Under the pieces are notes generated by a model, which was not told the origin of the DNA, made no database searches, and saw nothing but the letters and a program-made list of their open reading frames with translations. A DNA stretch of 64,000 bases from Candidatus Methanovirga australis (lineage in GTDB: Archaea; Methanobacteriota; Methanobacteria; Methanobacteriales; Methanobacteriaceae), in NCBI GenBank assembly GCA_031272765.1, contig JAISTD010000123.1:323-64322 (forward strand). The letters are read 5' to 3'. Within the stretch, counting starts at the first letter, position 1, and each line of letters begins with the position of its first letter. Of this stretch, positions 42,517-53,065 are shown in pieces. The translations under genes and the position numbers were made by a program.

Positions 42517-42842
42517 GACAAAAAATTTATAAAGTTGAAACTTTCTGTTTTTACATAATCTATATATCTAATATTTAGTATGTACTGAGTAGTATGTACT
42601 TAGAATGGCTATTTTTTAATTATAATAATCTATAGATAATTATTATCAAAGAATTATAATAATTTATAATAAAACAAAAATAATATACAACTAAAACTAT
42701 AAAAATAGTTTATTGTGCACAGACCATTTATATCATCTTATAGATCCCATATTTTAACTTTAATGTGTAATTCTCATGCATGATAAAAAAAACCCCAAAA
42801 TAGGCAATTATCCATTATAAAAACAATTTAACTCAATATAGT

Positions 42843-44225
42843 TTAATTCAGCCAATAATACCGATAATCGCCATCTATAGTTTCTGAAACATTAGGTAAA
42901 ATCTTTTTCCAATCTTCATGCAGCAATCCAAGAAACATGATTACTATAGGGTAGTTTGATAGACCGCGTGTAATATTTAAAGTATCATTTAGGGAATTTA
43001 TTTTATAAACTCTCTTCATTGAGTACGATAATAACTGAGGTGGTAAAAGAGGAATTTCAAAATCAGGAGAGAAAATAATATCTGAATAATTCGTGTTACG
43101 ATGGATGGAATTGCCTAAAATTGACATTGAAACATTATTTTCAGGAAATTGTTCCTTATAGTGCGGAGATTCATCTTTTAAATAACAAATTGCAGCAGAC
43201 ATGCAGACTATAAATAGTAAAAACATACAATGATTATACTGATTATTAATAATATTTTTTAATTTAAATGCTCTTAATATGGATTCTAAAATCCAGCAAA
43301 TTGAAATTGGTGCGAATTTCCCAAACCAAAATTGTTAAGAAAATTTTCACTTGTTCTAATGAGATAATTTTGATCCTCCTTCTGAAATAGCTGTTCTAAA
43401 AAGAATGACATCTATTATTCTTGAAACTCTATTAAAATATAAAATTTGACCCAAATAAAATATTAATAACAACAATAGGAATTAGCCAGAATGGAAGGAT
43501 TTTTTTCAGGGAATTAATAAGATTTCCACTGAATTTAATTTCGCCTTCAAAAATACACTTTAAGTAAACTGTAAATAGAATAAAAGCAAATAATCAATCT
43601 GTTAAAAATCCAAACAAAACTATTAAGCTTTGCAAAACCTTTAAAATCTTTATATTATTATAATTTAAAATTTCAAGATAGATAGATATATATAGAACAA
43701 TGGTAAAATAACTGCTTGATCAGCAAAAAAAACATCTGATGCCAATATAATGAACCAGGCAATAACAATTCCAGTAAGCATAGAATAGTAGCAAAAAGAA
43801 AGGAATACAAATAATTTACTTTTGATTGCCTTAAGAATATAAAAACTATAAGAGAAAGAATAAATGCTATTAGAAAATGATTAAGCAGATTATAAGACAT
43901 CACCATAGCAACATTTGGCTCTGTTTTTGTAATCATACTAACTACATATATCAGAATTATACATCCTGGAGGTAACTCAAATAAACTTCATCATATAGAT
44001 TAGTTCAATTGAAGGAGGATTATTAAAAAAAGCAAAACCTACATTCCATGGATTTTCATTATACCATATTTTACTGGTTATAATTGTACTTCCTGTTAAC
44101 CATTGATGATGACCATCTGAAATTTGACCATAATAATTTTCTCTTATTTCAAGAGTATAATTGAAAACTATCATTGTAAGTGCAAATAATGCACAAATAC
44201 AAATAGCTGTTTTTGTTCTATTCAC
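42843..44225 (-). pseudogene. degraded membrane-protein gene of unknown function
   Basis: Three same-strand hydrophobic ORF pieces (43977-44225, 43673-43936, 42843-43226) are separated by stops, with an ORF-free gap between them. There is no continuous frame. Confidence 0.35.
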
Positions 44226-44300
44226 AAGCTAACCTGCTAACTAAAAGAATAGTTAAAATACTTATTGATAAATATTTATTTTTAATTTCAATACATCGCC

Positions 44301-44537
44301 TCAATCAATATAATAATAAGTTATTCCTTTAATCAGTCTATATATAGTATTATAATGTACATTATACTTCTTAGCTAATATATCATATGAAACACCTTCA
44401 TTTACTGCCTTTCTAATAGCTCTAACATCTTCAATATCCAATTTACCTGAAGATATAGCCATTTTAAGTCTTGTTTCTTCTGATACTTTATGACCAGTTA
44501 AAGCTTTTGATAATTTTAATTTTGTTTCTTCTCTCAT
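44301..44537 (-). CDS. stand-alone NUMOD3 + HTH DNA-binding protein (homing-endonuclease DNA-binding module without a nuclease domain)
   Basis: Two NUMOD3-like repeats (REETKLKLSKALTG and VSEETRLKMAISSG) are followed by an HTH (VSYDILAKKYNVHYNTIYRLIKG). Confidence 0.6.
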   Translation of the reverse strand: MREETKLKLSKALTGHKVSEETRLKMAISSGKLDIEDVRAIRKAVNEGVSYDILAKKYNVHYNTIYRLIKGITYYYID

Positions 44538-45374
44538 ATACTTACCTCATAACTTCCACATTTAATATATAAATCAAATATTCATGATAATCATGAATTC
44601 CACTTAATTCCATCTTTAATATCATCCTAATGATCTGAATAATAAAAGTGCATCAATGCATAACCTTGTTCTGAACCATTATAATAGTATTTGAATTAAT
44701 GTCTTTATCATAAGAGAGTTTCTATTAACCTATCAAAAACGAAGACTTTGTCTTCTAATTTTCTTTCAGAAAAAATAGCATATTTTGATAAGTATTTATA
44801 AATTATGAAACTCACATATATTAACTAATGTGATAATAGTATATAAAGGTGTTGATTATTCACACTCCCCCTTGTGGTTTTAATTTGAGTATTAAGGACT
44901 TTTTACAGGTTTATAATGATAAGTAATAATTATGAACAATGCAATTAATCATCCCCAAAAATCTATGGTTTATACTGATCCAGAATTGAGGATAAGAAGC
45001 ATTTCTGCGAGTAGAATAAATCCTAAAATGAAATATTTTGAATGGTCAACTGTGCCTGATAAAGTTTACAAATAATGGCTACTTTTAGATAAATTATTAA
45101 CAAAATCATGGAGTTATAAATAAAATATGGGCTTTATTTAATGAATTAATAGACAGTTTATGGCTTAGAGCCTAAAAGAGAATATGAATCATAGATGCAT
45201 ACTTACTTAACAAGATACAGGCCATCAAAAAAACTCGCCGCGAGGGTTAAGAGCCCAAACTTTTTTTAAAAAAACAGCACCTTTTGGTTCATAACTTACC
45301 TAAAAGGTAAGAAAAGTTTGATCAAAATATAGCATTTCTCTTAACTTTATTAACATCATACATTTTTAGTGTTT

Positions 45375-45880
45375 ATAAAATCTCTGATTTTATAATTTAG
45401 ATAATCTTTGATTATCTTTAAATTTTTAAGAAAATTTAATACATCTTTAAATTAAAGAAAAACTTCGTTTTTCTAAATTCAAAATAAAAAATTTTAAATT
45501 AAAATTTGAATAATTTTAAGAATAATTTTTAATAAAGATTTTTAAAATAAAAGTTACAAAGTTTGAAGAAGTACCATATAATGAAAAGCTATTTTTAATC
45601 AATATTTCCAAAGGAATTTAGGAAATTTTAATTTCCGTTTTTTATTTCGAGTGAAATGAGAAATTTTAGAAAAAAAATTTTTTCTGAATTTAAAAGCTAT
45701 TGCTTTTAAAATTTAAAAAAGCAGAACTTTTCTAATTATTGTAAAATCTACAATTTCGCAATAATTTAGGGAAAATCAAAGATTTACCCGTTTGTTGTTG
45801 AAAATAACTTTAAAAAAATCTTTGATTTATCGCTTGTTTTGAACAAAGTGAGGAACTTAGGAACCGAAGGTTCAATTTAA
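45375..45880. repeat. array of short hairpin modules (5-9-bp stem, 2-4-nt loop, flanked by TAARYT or its complement)
   Basis: Examples: ATAAAATC-TCT-GATTTTAT-AATTTAG (45375), AGATAATC-TTT-GATTATCT-TTAAATT (45399), GAAAAAC-TTC-GTTTTTC-TAAATT (45457), AATTTAG-GAAATT-TTA-AATTTCC (45615), GGGAAAATC-AAA-GATTTACCC (45769) and GAACC-GAA-GGTTC (45861). Parts match MITE-A internal sequence in reverse orientation. Confidence 0.6.
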
Positions 45881-46107
45881 AAAAATTGGATGTGCAGCAT
45901 TTTAACTATAATCCAACTGCTATAAGTACTCTCAAGGGAAACTATGCTCCACTTAGCGATAGCTTATGAAAAAATTAGGAAAACTCCCTAAAAATAGCAT
46001 GAATTGACCTTCAAAAGACAAAATATGTGTATAATATAATTAAATTAATTTAATCATATCAATCAGCTGTAAAACAATATGTCAGAACATGTAATTGGTA
46101 GTATATT

Positions 46108-46136
46108 GAGGTTGTAAATTTTTGTGGAGTTTTTTA
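46108..46136 (-). repeat. solo terminal-repeat fragment of MITE family A
   Basis: GAGGTTGTAAATTTTTGTGGAGTTTTTTAC matches the reverse complement of the MITE-A right end at 5149-5177. Confidence 0.6.
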
Positions 46137-46293
46137 CAGTCTCGTAGACCCATATAATATATATGTTTCACTTTGGATTTATATATAATATATATCAAAT
46201 TAAGTATATAAAGTTATATTATAAAAGTAAAATATAATAGAACCAAGTATATAAAAACATGTGTAAAAGTTTATAGTTAAATAAGAAGGAAAA

Positions 46294-48450
46294 ATGATGT
46301 TGACTAATTCTGAAATGGAGTATATTGTGGAAAAGATTGGAAGAGTTCCAAACCCACTTGAAGAAGGAATGTTAGATATAATGTTTTCAGAACACTGTTC
46401 ATATAAGAGTAGTAGACCATTTTTAAAAATGTTCCCAACTGAAGGAGAGAATGTAATAATGGGTCCTGGAGATGATGCTGGAATTGTTTCAATCACCGAT
46501 GAACTTGCACTTGCAGTTGGAATTGAAAGTCATAACCACCCATCAGCTATTGAACCTTACGGTGGTGCTGGAACAGGTATAGGAGGAATTTTAAGAGATA
46601 TTATTTCAATGGGTGCAATACCAATAGCTCTTTTAGATTCAATCCACTTTGGTTCCCTAAAAGATCAAAAGTCCAGATATATTTTTGAACATGTTGTGAA
46701 AGGTATCTCAGACTATGGAAATCGTGTTGGTGTTCCTACTGTCGGTGGTGAAGTAGTTTTTGATGACTCTTATAAAACAAATCCTCTTGTAAATGTTATG
46801 TGTGTCGGACTTCTCCCTAAAAAGAACATTGTAAAAGGAATAGCTCCAAATATAGGAGATGTTTTCCTACTAATGGGAAGTACTACTGGGCGTGACGGAA
46901 TACATGGAGTAACATTCGCATCAGTTGAATTAACAAAAAGTTCAGAAATTGATGATAGGCCAGCTGTTCAAGTAGGAGATCCTTTTACTAAAAAAAAAGT
47001 TCTTGAAGCATCTCTTGAAATCTTAGAAAAAATAGATGTTTCTGGTGTTAAAGACCTTGGTGGTGGCGGTTTAACATGTTGTATTAGCGAACTTGTAGAT
47101 AAATGTAACAATGGAGCAGAAATATGTTTAAATAAAATTCCTCTTAGGGAAGATGAAATGACTCCTTATGAAATTATGTTATCAGAATCTCAAGAAAGAA
47201 TGATTTTCGTGATTAATCCAAAGTATGTGGATGAAGTAATAGCTATTTGTAATAAACACGAAATTCCATCTGAAGTTATAGGAAAGGTTAAAGATGGAGA
47301 TAATATGGTAGTTATGAATGAAAATGAAATAATAGCTGATCTGCCATCTCATCTTTTAGCTGATCCTCCATATATAAGTCGTGAAATAAGAGAACCCAAA
47401 AATGACAATGAATATTTGGATGTTGAGGATATAGATATTGAAGAAGCTATTTTTAAAATATTGTCTGATTCCAGTGCTGGAAGTAAAAAATGGGTTTATA
47501 ATCAATACGATCATGAAGTTCAAATTAGAACTGTTGTAAATCCTGGTGATGATGGAGCTGTATTAAATATTAATGATGAAATAGCTATTTCATTAAGTTG
47601 TGATACTAATGGTGTTTATACAAAGCTATCTCCATATGATGGTGGAGCTGGTTGTGTAGCTGAGGCTATTAGAAATATTGTTTCTATGGGGGCAAAGCCT
47701 TATACTCTTGTAGATTGTTTGAACTTTGGAAATCCTGAAAACCCTGAAATTCTTTGGAGTTTTAGTAAATGTATTGAGGGAATGTCGGATATTGCAAATA
47801 GTTTTAAAGCACCAATTATAAGTGGTAATGTGAGTTTTTATAATGAAACTGAAGGTGTCAAAATTAATCCAACCCCTGTTGTAGGTGCTATTGGTGTAGG
47901 AAAAATTAAAAATATTAGAACTTTAGGTTTTAAAAATGAAGGAGATAAAATAATAGCTATTGGAACTACATACAATGAAGTTGATGGTTCAATTTATCAT
48001 AAAACATGTTTTAATTTGGAACAGGGGCATCCTCCTGAAGTAAGGATTGAAAATGAAAAAGAAGTAAATCTTGAAGTATTAAGACTATTAGATGAAGATG
48101 TTAATAATGACATAACAGCTATTCACGATTGTTCTACTGGTGGAGTAGCTATTTCTTTAATTGAAATGATGATTGCTGGAGACTTAGGCTGTGAAGTCAA
48201 AATAGCTAACCTTGTCCATGACGGCGATATCAAGTTAAATAATCTCTTTTTCTCCGAAAGTCACGGAAGGTATTTAATGACTGTTAAGAAAAATCAAGTT
48301 GAAAGCATTTTAGGAAATATTAGAGTTCATTGTAGTTGTATTGGTGAAGTTAAAGGTGATACACTTAAAATACTTGACGATAATACCTTGGTCCATCTAT
48401 CTAAATTAAAAGATATTTATAATAATGCTATTGAAAGATATATGGAATAA
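46294..48450 (+). CDS. purL: phosphoribosylformylglycinamidine synthase II
   Basis: [25 protein letters not shown] and DLGGGGL motifs. Length is 718 aa. Confidence 0.95.
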   Translation: MMLTNSEMEYIVEKIGRVPNPLEEGMLDIMFSEHCSYKSSRPFLKMFPTEGENVIMGPGDDAGIVSITDELALAVGIESHNHPSAIEPYGGAGTGIGGILRDIISMGAIPIALLDSIHFGSLKDQKSRYIFEHVVKGISDYGNRVGVPTVGGEVVFDDSYKTNPLVNVMCVGLLPKKNIVKGIAPNIGDVFLLMGSTTGRDGIHGVTFASVELTKSSEIDDRPAVQVGDPFTKKKVLEASLEILEKIDVSGVKDLGGGGLTCCISELVDKCNNGAEICLNKIPLREDEMTPYEIMLSESQERMIFVINPKYVDEVIAICNKHEIPSEVIGKVKDGDNMVVMNENEIIADLPSHLLADPPYISREIREPKNDNEYLDVEDIDIEEAIFKILSDSSAGSKKWVYNQYDHEVQIRTVVNPGDDGAVLNINDEIAISLSCDTNGVYTKLSPYDGGAGCVAEAIRNIVSMGAKPYTLVDCLNFGNPENPEILWSFSKCIEGMSDIANSFKAPIISGNVSFYNETEGVKINPTPVVGAIGVGKIKNIRTLGFKNEGDKIIAIGTTYNEVDGSIYHKTCFNLEQGHPPEVRIENEKEVNLEVLRLLDEDVNNDITAIHDCSTGGVAISLIEMMIAGDLGCEVKIANLVHDGDIKLNNLFFSESHGRYLMTVKKNQVESILGNIRVHCSCIGEVKGDTLKILDDNTLVHLSKLKDIYNNAIERYME

Positions 48451-48455
48451 CTTCA

Positions 48456-48890
48456 TTAATTAAGGTCTTTGAATAATTCCCATATTTCAGGATATTTATT
48501 GCATATGGCTTCGTCCATTAACATTGAAGCTTCTTTACTAATACTAAATTCTGGGCGTGTTTTTCTCAGATACCTTAAAACTGCCGCTGATTTAGATGAC
48601 CAAAGAGTAATTCGAGGATTTTTTTCTATAACTTTTATAACATCTTTTATATTTTCATCTTCATTACTCTTAGTTTCTTCTATTATCTTATCATTATTTT
48701 CCTGATTTTCAATCTTTGAATTTTGATTATTTTTATTTAATTTTGGTGGATATTTATCTTCATTATCTTTTTTTAATTCATCATTTTTTTTTAGAATATC
48801 TTCTAATGAAACATCATTTTTTAAATCTTCTTCAGAAACAGCTGGAATTAAAGCATCCAACCCTTTTCCTAATCCTGCCTTTTTTGCCAT
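48456..48890 (-). CDS. small protein with a ParB-type N-terminal LGKGLDAL peptide, a low-complexity linker and an unknown C-terminal domain (mini-ParB candidate)
   Basis: The start MAKKAGLGKGLDALIP resembles the extreme N-terminus of chromosomal ParB/Spo0J. There is no ParB/Srx (GERR) domain. Residues 30-95 are K/N/E-rich and the C-terminus is about 50 aa. A strong SD AGGAG lies upstream. Confidence 0.7.
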   Translation of the reverse strand: MAKKAGLGKGLDALIPAVSEEDLKNDVSLEDILKKNDELKKDNEDKYPPKLNKNNQNSKIENQENNDKIIEETKSNEDENIKDVIKVIEKNPRITLWSSKSAAVLRYLRKTRPEFSISKEASMLMDEAICNKYPEIWELFKDLN

Positions 48891-49017
48891 TTGTTTTCTC
48901 CTAATTTAATTAAATTTATTAAAGTTTATTATAATGTAAGACAAAATTTTTTAAAATTTTAATATTGTTTATAGTATTTTATCTAACTTTATTAACATAT
49001 CATATTTTTATTACTTG

Positions 49018-49096
49018 TAAAATCTTTGATTTTATAAGTTAGAGAATCTTAGATTTTAGTTAAAACTTGTTTTAATTTAGAAAATTTTTAATTTTC
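49018..49096. repeat. hairpin modules of the same type as 45375-45880
   Basis: TAAAATC-TTT-GATTTTA-TAAGTT (49018-49040), GAATC-TTA-GATTT (49044-49056), and AATTTA-GAAAATT-TTT-AATTTTC (49074-49096). Confidence 0.6.
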
Positions 49097-49341
49097 TTCA
49101 ATTTTTTTATAAAATATTTTATATTTTTAATAAATTTATTAATTAATCTCTATTTTTATATTATAACAATATAAATGATATTTTTAAAAAATAAGAGTTA
49201 TCATGTAACAAATTAAAATTTAATCAAATAATATTAATTTAATGGCTAAAAAATATGCCATGACCTTGATCTAACCTTTAATATCCAATATAATGATACA
49301 ATAGTTATATTACTCTAAATAACTTATTAACTTCATGATAA

Positions 49342-50118
49342 TTAATCTTGACTTTCTAATTTTAAAAATTCTTTTGCAAGTCTCATGTATGCTTTTGATC
49401 CTCTACTTTCTCTGTCAAAAATTATACATGGTAGCCCATGGCTTGGTGCTTCAGCCAATTTAATATTTCGTGGAATAACACTATTAAAAATATGTTCTTT
49501 TCCACCAAAATAGGCTTTAAGTTCTTTATAAACTTCTCTGCCTAATATGGTTCTTGAGTCGTATAAGGTAAGAACAATTCCTTTTATTGGAGATGGGCTT
49601 TTTAATCTTTTTTCCACTAATTTAATAGTGTTTATTAAATCAGCTACACCTTCCAATGCATAATATTCAGCTTGAATAGGGATAATAACACTATCTGCTG
49701 CGATTAATGCGTTAACAGTTATCACTCCAAGTGATGGGGGAACATCTATTATTATATAATCAAAAAGGTCTTTTACATTACTCAGGAGATTTTTCAATGT
49801 GTTATGAAAATCTTTTTTATTATTTAGTTCAACTTCTATTCCACTAAGCTCTATGTTACTTGGCAAAATAAATAAATTTTTGACAAATGTTGGTTTTATG
49901 ACTTTTTCAACATTAATATCTCCACTAAGGGCTGTGTATATTGTATTTTCTAATTTTAATTTATCTATACCAAAACTTGTTGTTGTATTTGCTTGAGGAT
50001 CGAAATCCACGATTAAAACTGTTTTTCCTAAGATAGCTAACGATGTCCCAAAGTTAACAGCTGTTGTTGTTTTTCCACATCCTCCTTTTTGGTTGATAAT
50101 AGCTATTATTTCACTCAT
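49342..50118 (-). CDS. parA: ParA/Soj-family partition ATPase
   Basis: Deviant Walker A (NQKGGCGKTTTA), DFDPQAN, and a Walker B-like IIIDVPPS. Length is 258 aa. Confidence 0.92.
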   Translation of the reverse strand: MSEIIAIINQKGGCGKTTTAVNFGTSLAILGKTVLIVDFDPQANTTTSFGIDKLKLENTIYTALSGDINVEKVIKPTFVKNLFILPSNIELSGIEVELNNKKDFHNTLKNLLSNVKDLFDYIIIDVPPSLGVITVNALIAADSVIIPIQAEYYALEGVADLINTIKLVEKRLKSPSPIKGIVLTLYDSRTILGREVYKELKAYFGGKEHIFNSVIPRNIKLAEAPSHGLPCIIFDRESRGSKAYMRLAKEFLKLESQD

Positions 50119-50192
50119 TTAATTCATCTCGATTGATTAATATTTTTAGTTTTCTGGATTTTTCTCAGCTTTTCATAGTAAAGATTGATTTC

Positions 50193-50830
50193 AACTTATA
50201 AGTTATAACTTATAAATCACAACTTATAGATCAAGTTCATAGATTTAATTTATTGATATTGGTTTAGAATTACTATATTATTCTTAATTAACTTATAAGA
50301 TTAACTGGTATTAATGAGGTTTATAATAAGATTATCAATATTAATTCGAGCCTGTAAAAAGTCTGGAGTTTTTTTGATATGTTTCACTTATAAGTTATAA
50401 CCTATCATTATATAATGAATAATTTACAATGTTTAAAGTTGTAACTTTTAAGTCTAATTTTTAAGTATATTCGAAGCTGAAATACAACTTTTTAACTAAA
50501 TAAAAGATTTAAAAGCCCAAAATAGATTTATTAGATAAATCCACTATTAAAATCGGAAATATTGATTCATACTAAGACTTCTAAGTTCTAACTTTCAAAT
50601 TATTTCTTATAAGTTTTCACTTTGAACTTATAGTTAATAATTTATAACTTCTTATTTATAACTTTTTAGTTTTAAGTTACAATTAATAATTTAGCACTTA
50701 TACTATATAAGTTTTAAATTAAAAGTGAGTTATTATAACTTATAAGTTATATCTTATAATTGATATCGCATTATTTTTTTATTCGTTCCAATTTTAAATT
50801 TTTTAATATTTTAAATAAATTTATAACTTA
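50193..50830. repeat. array of CTTATAAG-type palindromic iterons (candidate centromere/operator)
   Basis: A perfect 20-bp palindrome TTATAAGTTATAACTTATAA lies at 50196-50215 and a perfect 16-bp palindrome ATAACTTATAAGTTAT at 50735-50750. Exact CTTATAAG occurs at 50195, 50292, 50387, 50606 and 50739, with near copies at 50209, 50223, 50627, 50697, 50753 and 50825. Confidence 0.75.
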
Positions 50831-50901
50831 CTTTTTATAGATACTCTTTTTAAAACATTTAATAAAAATATTTAAATATTTACTAAATAAGAATAATATA
50901 T

Positions 50902-52266
50902 ATGAAAGTTATATTAGCAGGAGCAAGTAGTGCTGTAGGGAAAACAACAATTTCCACGGGCATAATGAAAGCTTTATCCAAACATAATGTTCAACCATTT
51001 AAAGTAGGACCAGATTATATAGATCCAAGTTACCATACCCTTGCAACAGGAAATATATCCAGAAACTTAGATTCTTTTTTTATGAGTGATGACCAAATAA
51101 TTTCCACATATACAAGAGCTATGAAAAATTCCAAAGCTAAATATGGGATTATTGAGGGTGTTAGAGGATTATATGAAGGTATAAGTCCAATCACAGATGT
51201 TGGAAGCACATCATCAATAGCTAAGGCATTAAATGCTCCAATAATTCTTATTTTAGACTCTCGAAGCTTAGTTAAAAGTGCTGCTGCAATAGTTCTTGGA
51301 TTTAAATCATTAGACACTGAATTAAACATAGAAGGAGTTATATTAAATAAAGTTAAGGGGAAAAAACACTATTTAAAAACTAAAAAATCTGTAGAAACAC
51401 TTACTAACACTAAAGTACTAGGTGGAATCCCACGAAATGATAAAATTGCTATTGAACAGAGACATTTAGGATTGGTTCCAGCACTTGAGAAAGCTAAAAT
51501 AGCTGAAAGTATTGAAAATTGGGGCAAGATTGCTGAAAATTATATAGATCTCGATGGTCTAATAGATATAATGAAAGCTTTCAAAACTCCTGAATCTACA
51601 GGCAAACTTTGGAAAACTGGAAATAAAAAACCAATAAAGATAGGGTTAGCAAAAGATGAAGTATTTAACTTCTACTATCAAGATAATATTGATGCATTAA
51701 AGGAAAATAATGCAAAAATCGTTCAGTTTTCCCCGTTACACGATGATTGTCTTCCTGATGTGGATGGACTATATATTGGTGGTGGTTATCCTGAAGTTTT
51801 TAAGAAGGAATTAGAAAGAAATTCATCTATTAGAAAATCTATTTTAAAATTTCATAATAATGAAAACCATATTTATGGAGAATGTGGGGGATTAATATAT
51901 CTTTCAAAATCAATTGATAAAGGCAAAATGTGTGGCTTGATACCTTTCAACTCAACTATGACTTCTAAAGTTCAAGGACTAAGTTATAATATAATTAAAT
52001 CAAAGAAAGATAACTTGATCTCTCAAAAGGATGAAATTTTTAAAGGGCATGAGTTCCATTATACCAAGTTAAATAATGTTGATATTAATAATGCTGATGG
52101 TAATTTCAATTTTAAAATTCGAAGAGGGCGAGGGATCATTGATGGATACGATGGATTGAGTTATAAGAATACTTTAGTAAATTATACACACATTCATCCT
52201 TGTTCGTGCCCTAATTTTGCTTATAACTTCACTAAAAACATAGCAGAAAGTAGAAATTTTTTTTAG
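50902..52266 (+). CDS. a,c-diamide synthase (CbiA/CfbB family: cobyrinate or Ni-sirohydrochlorin)
   Basis: N-terminal ATP-binding [10 protein letters not shown] and [13 protein letters not shown], plus a C-terminal GATase with GECGGLIYL. Sequence alone cannot distinguish CbiA from CfbB. Confidence 0.88.
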   Translation: MKVILAGASSAVGKTTISTGIMKALSKHNVQPFKVGPDYIDPSYHTLATGNISRNLDSFFMSDDQIISTYTRAMKNSKAKYGIIEGVRGLYEGISPITDVGSTSSIAKALNAPIILILDSRSLVKSAAAIVLGFKSLDTELNIEGVILNKVKGKKHYLKTKKSVETLTNTKVLGGIPRNDKIAIEQRHLGLVPALEKAKIAESIENWGKIAENYIDLDGLIDIMKAFKTPESTGKLWKTGNKKPIKIGLAKDEVFNFYYQDNIDALKENNAKIVQFSPLHDDCLPDVDGLYIGGGYPEVFKKELERNSSIRKSILKFHNNENHIYGECGGLIYLSKSIDKGKMCGLIPFNSTMTSKVQGLSYNIIKSKKDNLISQKDEIFKGHEFHYTKLNNVDINNADGNFNFKIRRGRGIIDGYDGLSYKNTLVNYTHIHPCSCPNFAYNFTKNIAESRNFF

Positions 52267-52561
52267 GTTCATGATATTCACATAGTAGAAGTTCATAGTA
52301 TAGTTGTCATTTTAACTTTTTCAATTCTAAATATTTTTCATTAGGTTTTTTATATTTTATAGTTTATTTCTAAACTTTTCAAAATAAACTATATATAAGT
52401 TATAATCATAGCAAATAATAATTTAATAATATCTATTGTATAATCTATTGTATGATATTGTATCTGATTATAATTAATATGAAATTTAGTAAATTAAATT
52501 TGTATTAAACTTAGTAAATTGTAATATAAACACTATTAAATTACTTATAAAGGTTTTAATC

Positions 52562-52990
52562 ATGAATTATGTGGAAGGTACTGTGAAAAAGTATGTTAGA
52601 GAGTATTCAAGAAGATTGAAAGATGGTAAAAAGAAAAAATATCAGACTGAACAAGTTCAAATAATGTTGTCCAAGAAAGATGATATTTTTCAAGAGGAGG
52701 AAAATGTTGTTGTTCTGAGTAAAGAAGTTTTTCTTAAGGAATGCGAAAAATTAAATTCTATAATCAAAAAACAAAAAAATAGAATAGAATCACATAAAGA
52801 GTTAGAATCTTCAAAATTTGATCAAAAAGAAGAATTTGAAGAAAAATTTAGTAATTTAAATGAAAGTTATATTTCTATTCAAGAAGAGTATGATTTGTTA
52901 AATGAGAAGTTTAATTTACTTAGGAAAGAAATTAAGTATCATAAAAATTTGAATGAGAAACTAAGAGACCTTATTTTAAATCTAACATGA
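52562..52990 (+). CDS. hypothetical coiled-coil protein
   Basis: 142 aa, rich in K and E with a heptad-like C-terminal half. An SD-like AGGT lies upstream. No recognisable motif. Confidence 0.5.
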   Translation: MNYVEGTVKKYVREYSRRLKDGKKKKYQTEQVQIMLSKKDDIFQEEENVVVLSKEVFLKECEKLNSIIKKQKNRIESHKELESSKFDQKEEFEEKFSNLNESYISIQEEYDLLNEKFNLLRKEIKYHKNLNEKLRDLILNLT

Positions 52991-53065
52991 AATATTTGAC
53001 ACTGCGAATATTTTCTCAAGAGTTTTATTTTTACTGGTTTCGAAGTAATAGTTAGTTTCAATTAT

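Noticed and set aside
46200-46496. 98-aa and 62-aa minus-strand ORFs overlapping the purL start
   Set aside because: They overlap the well-supported purL N-terminus ([10 protein letters not shown]) antisense and show no independent support.
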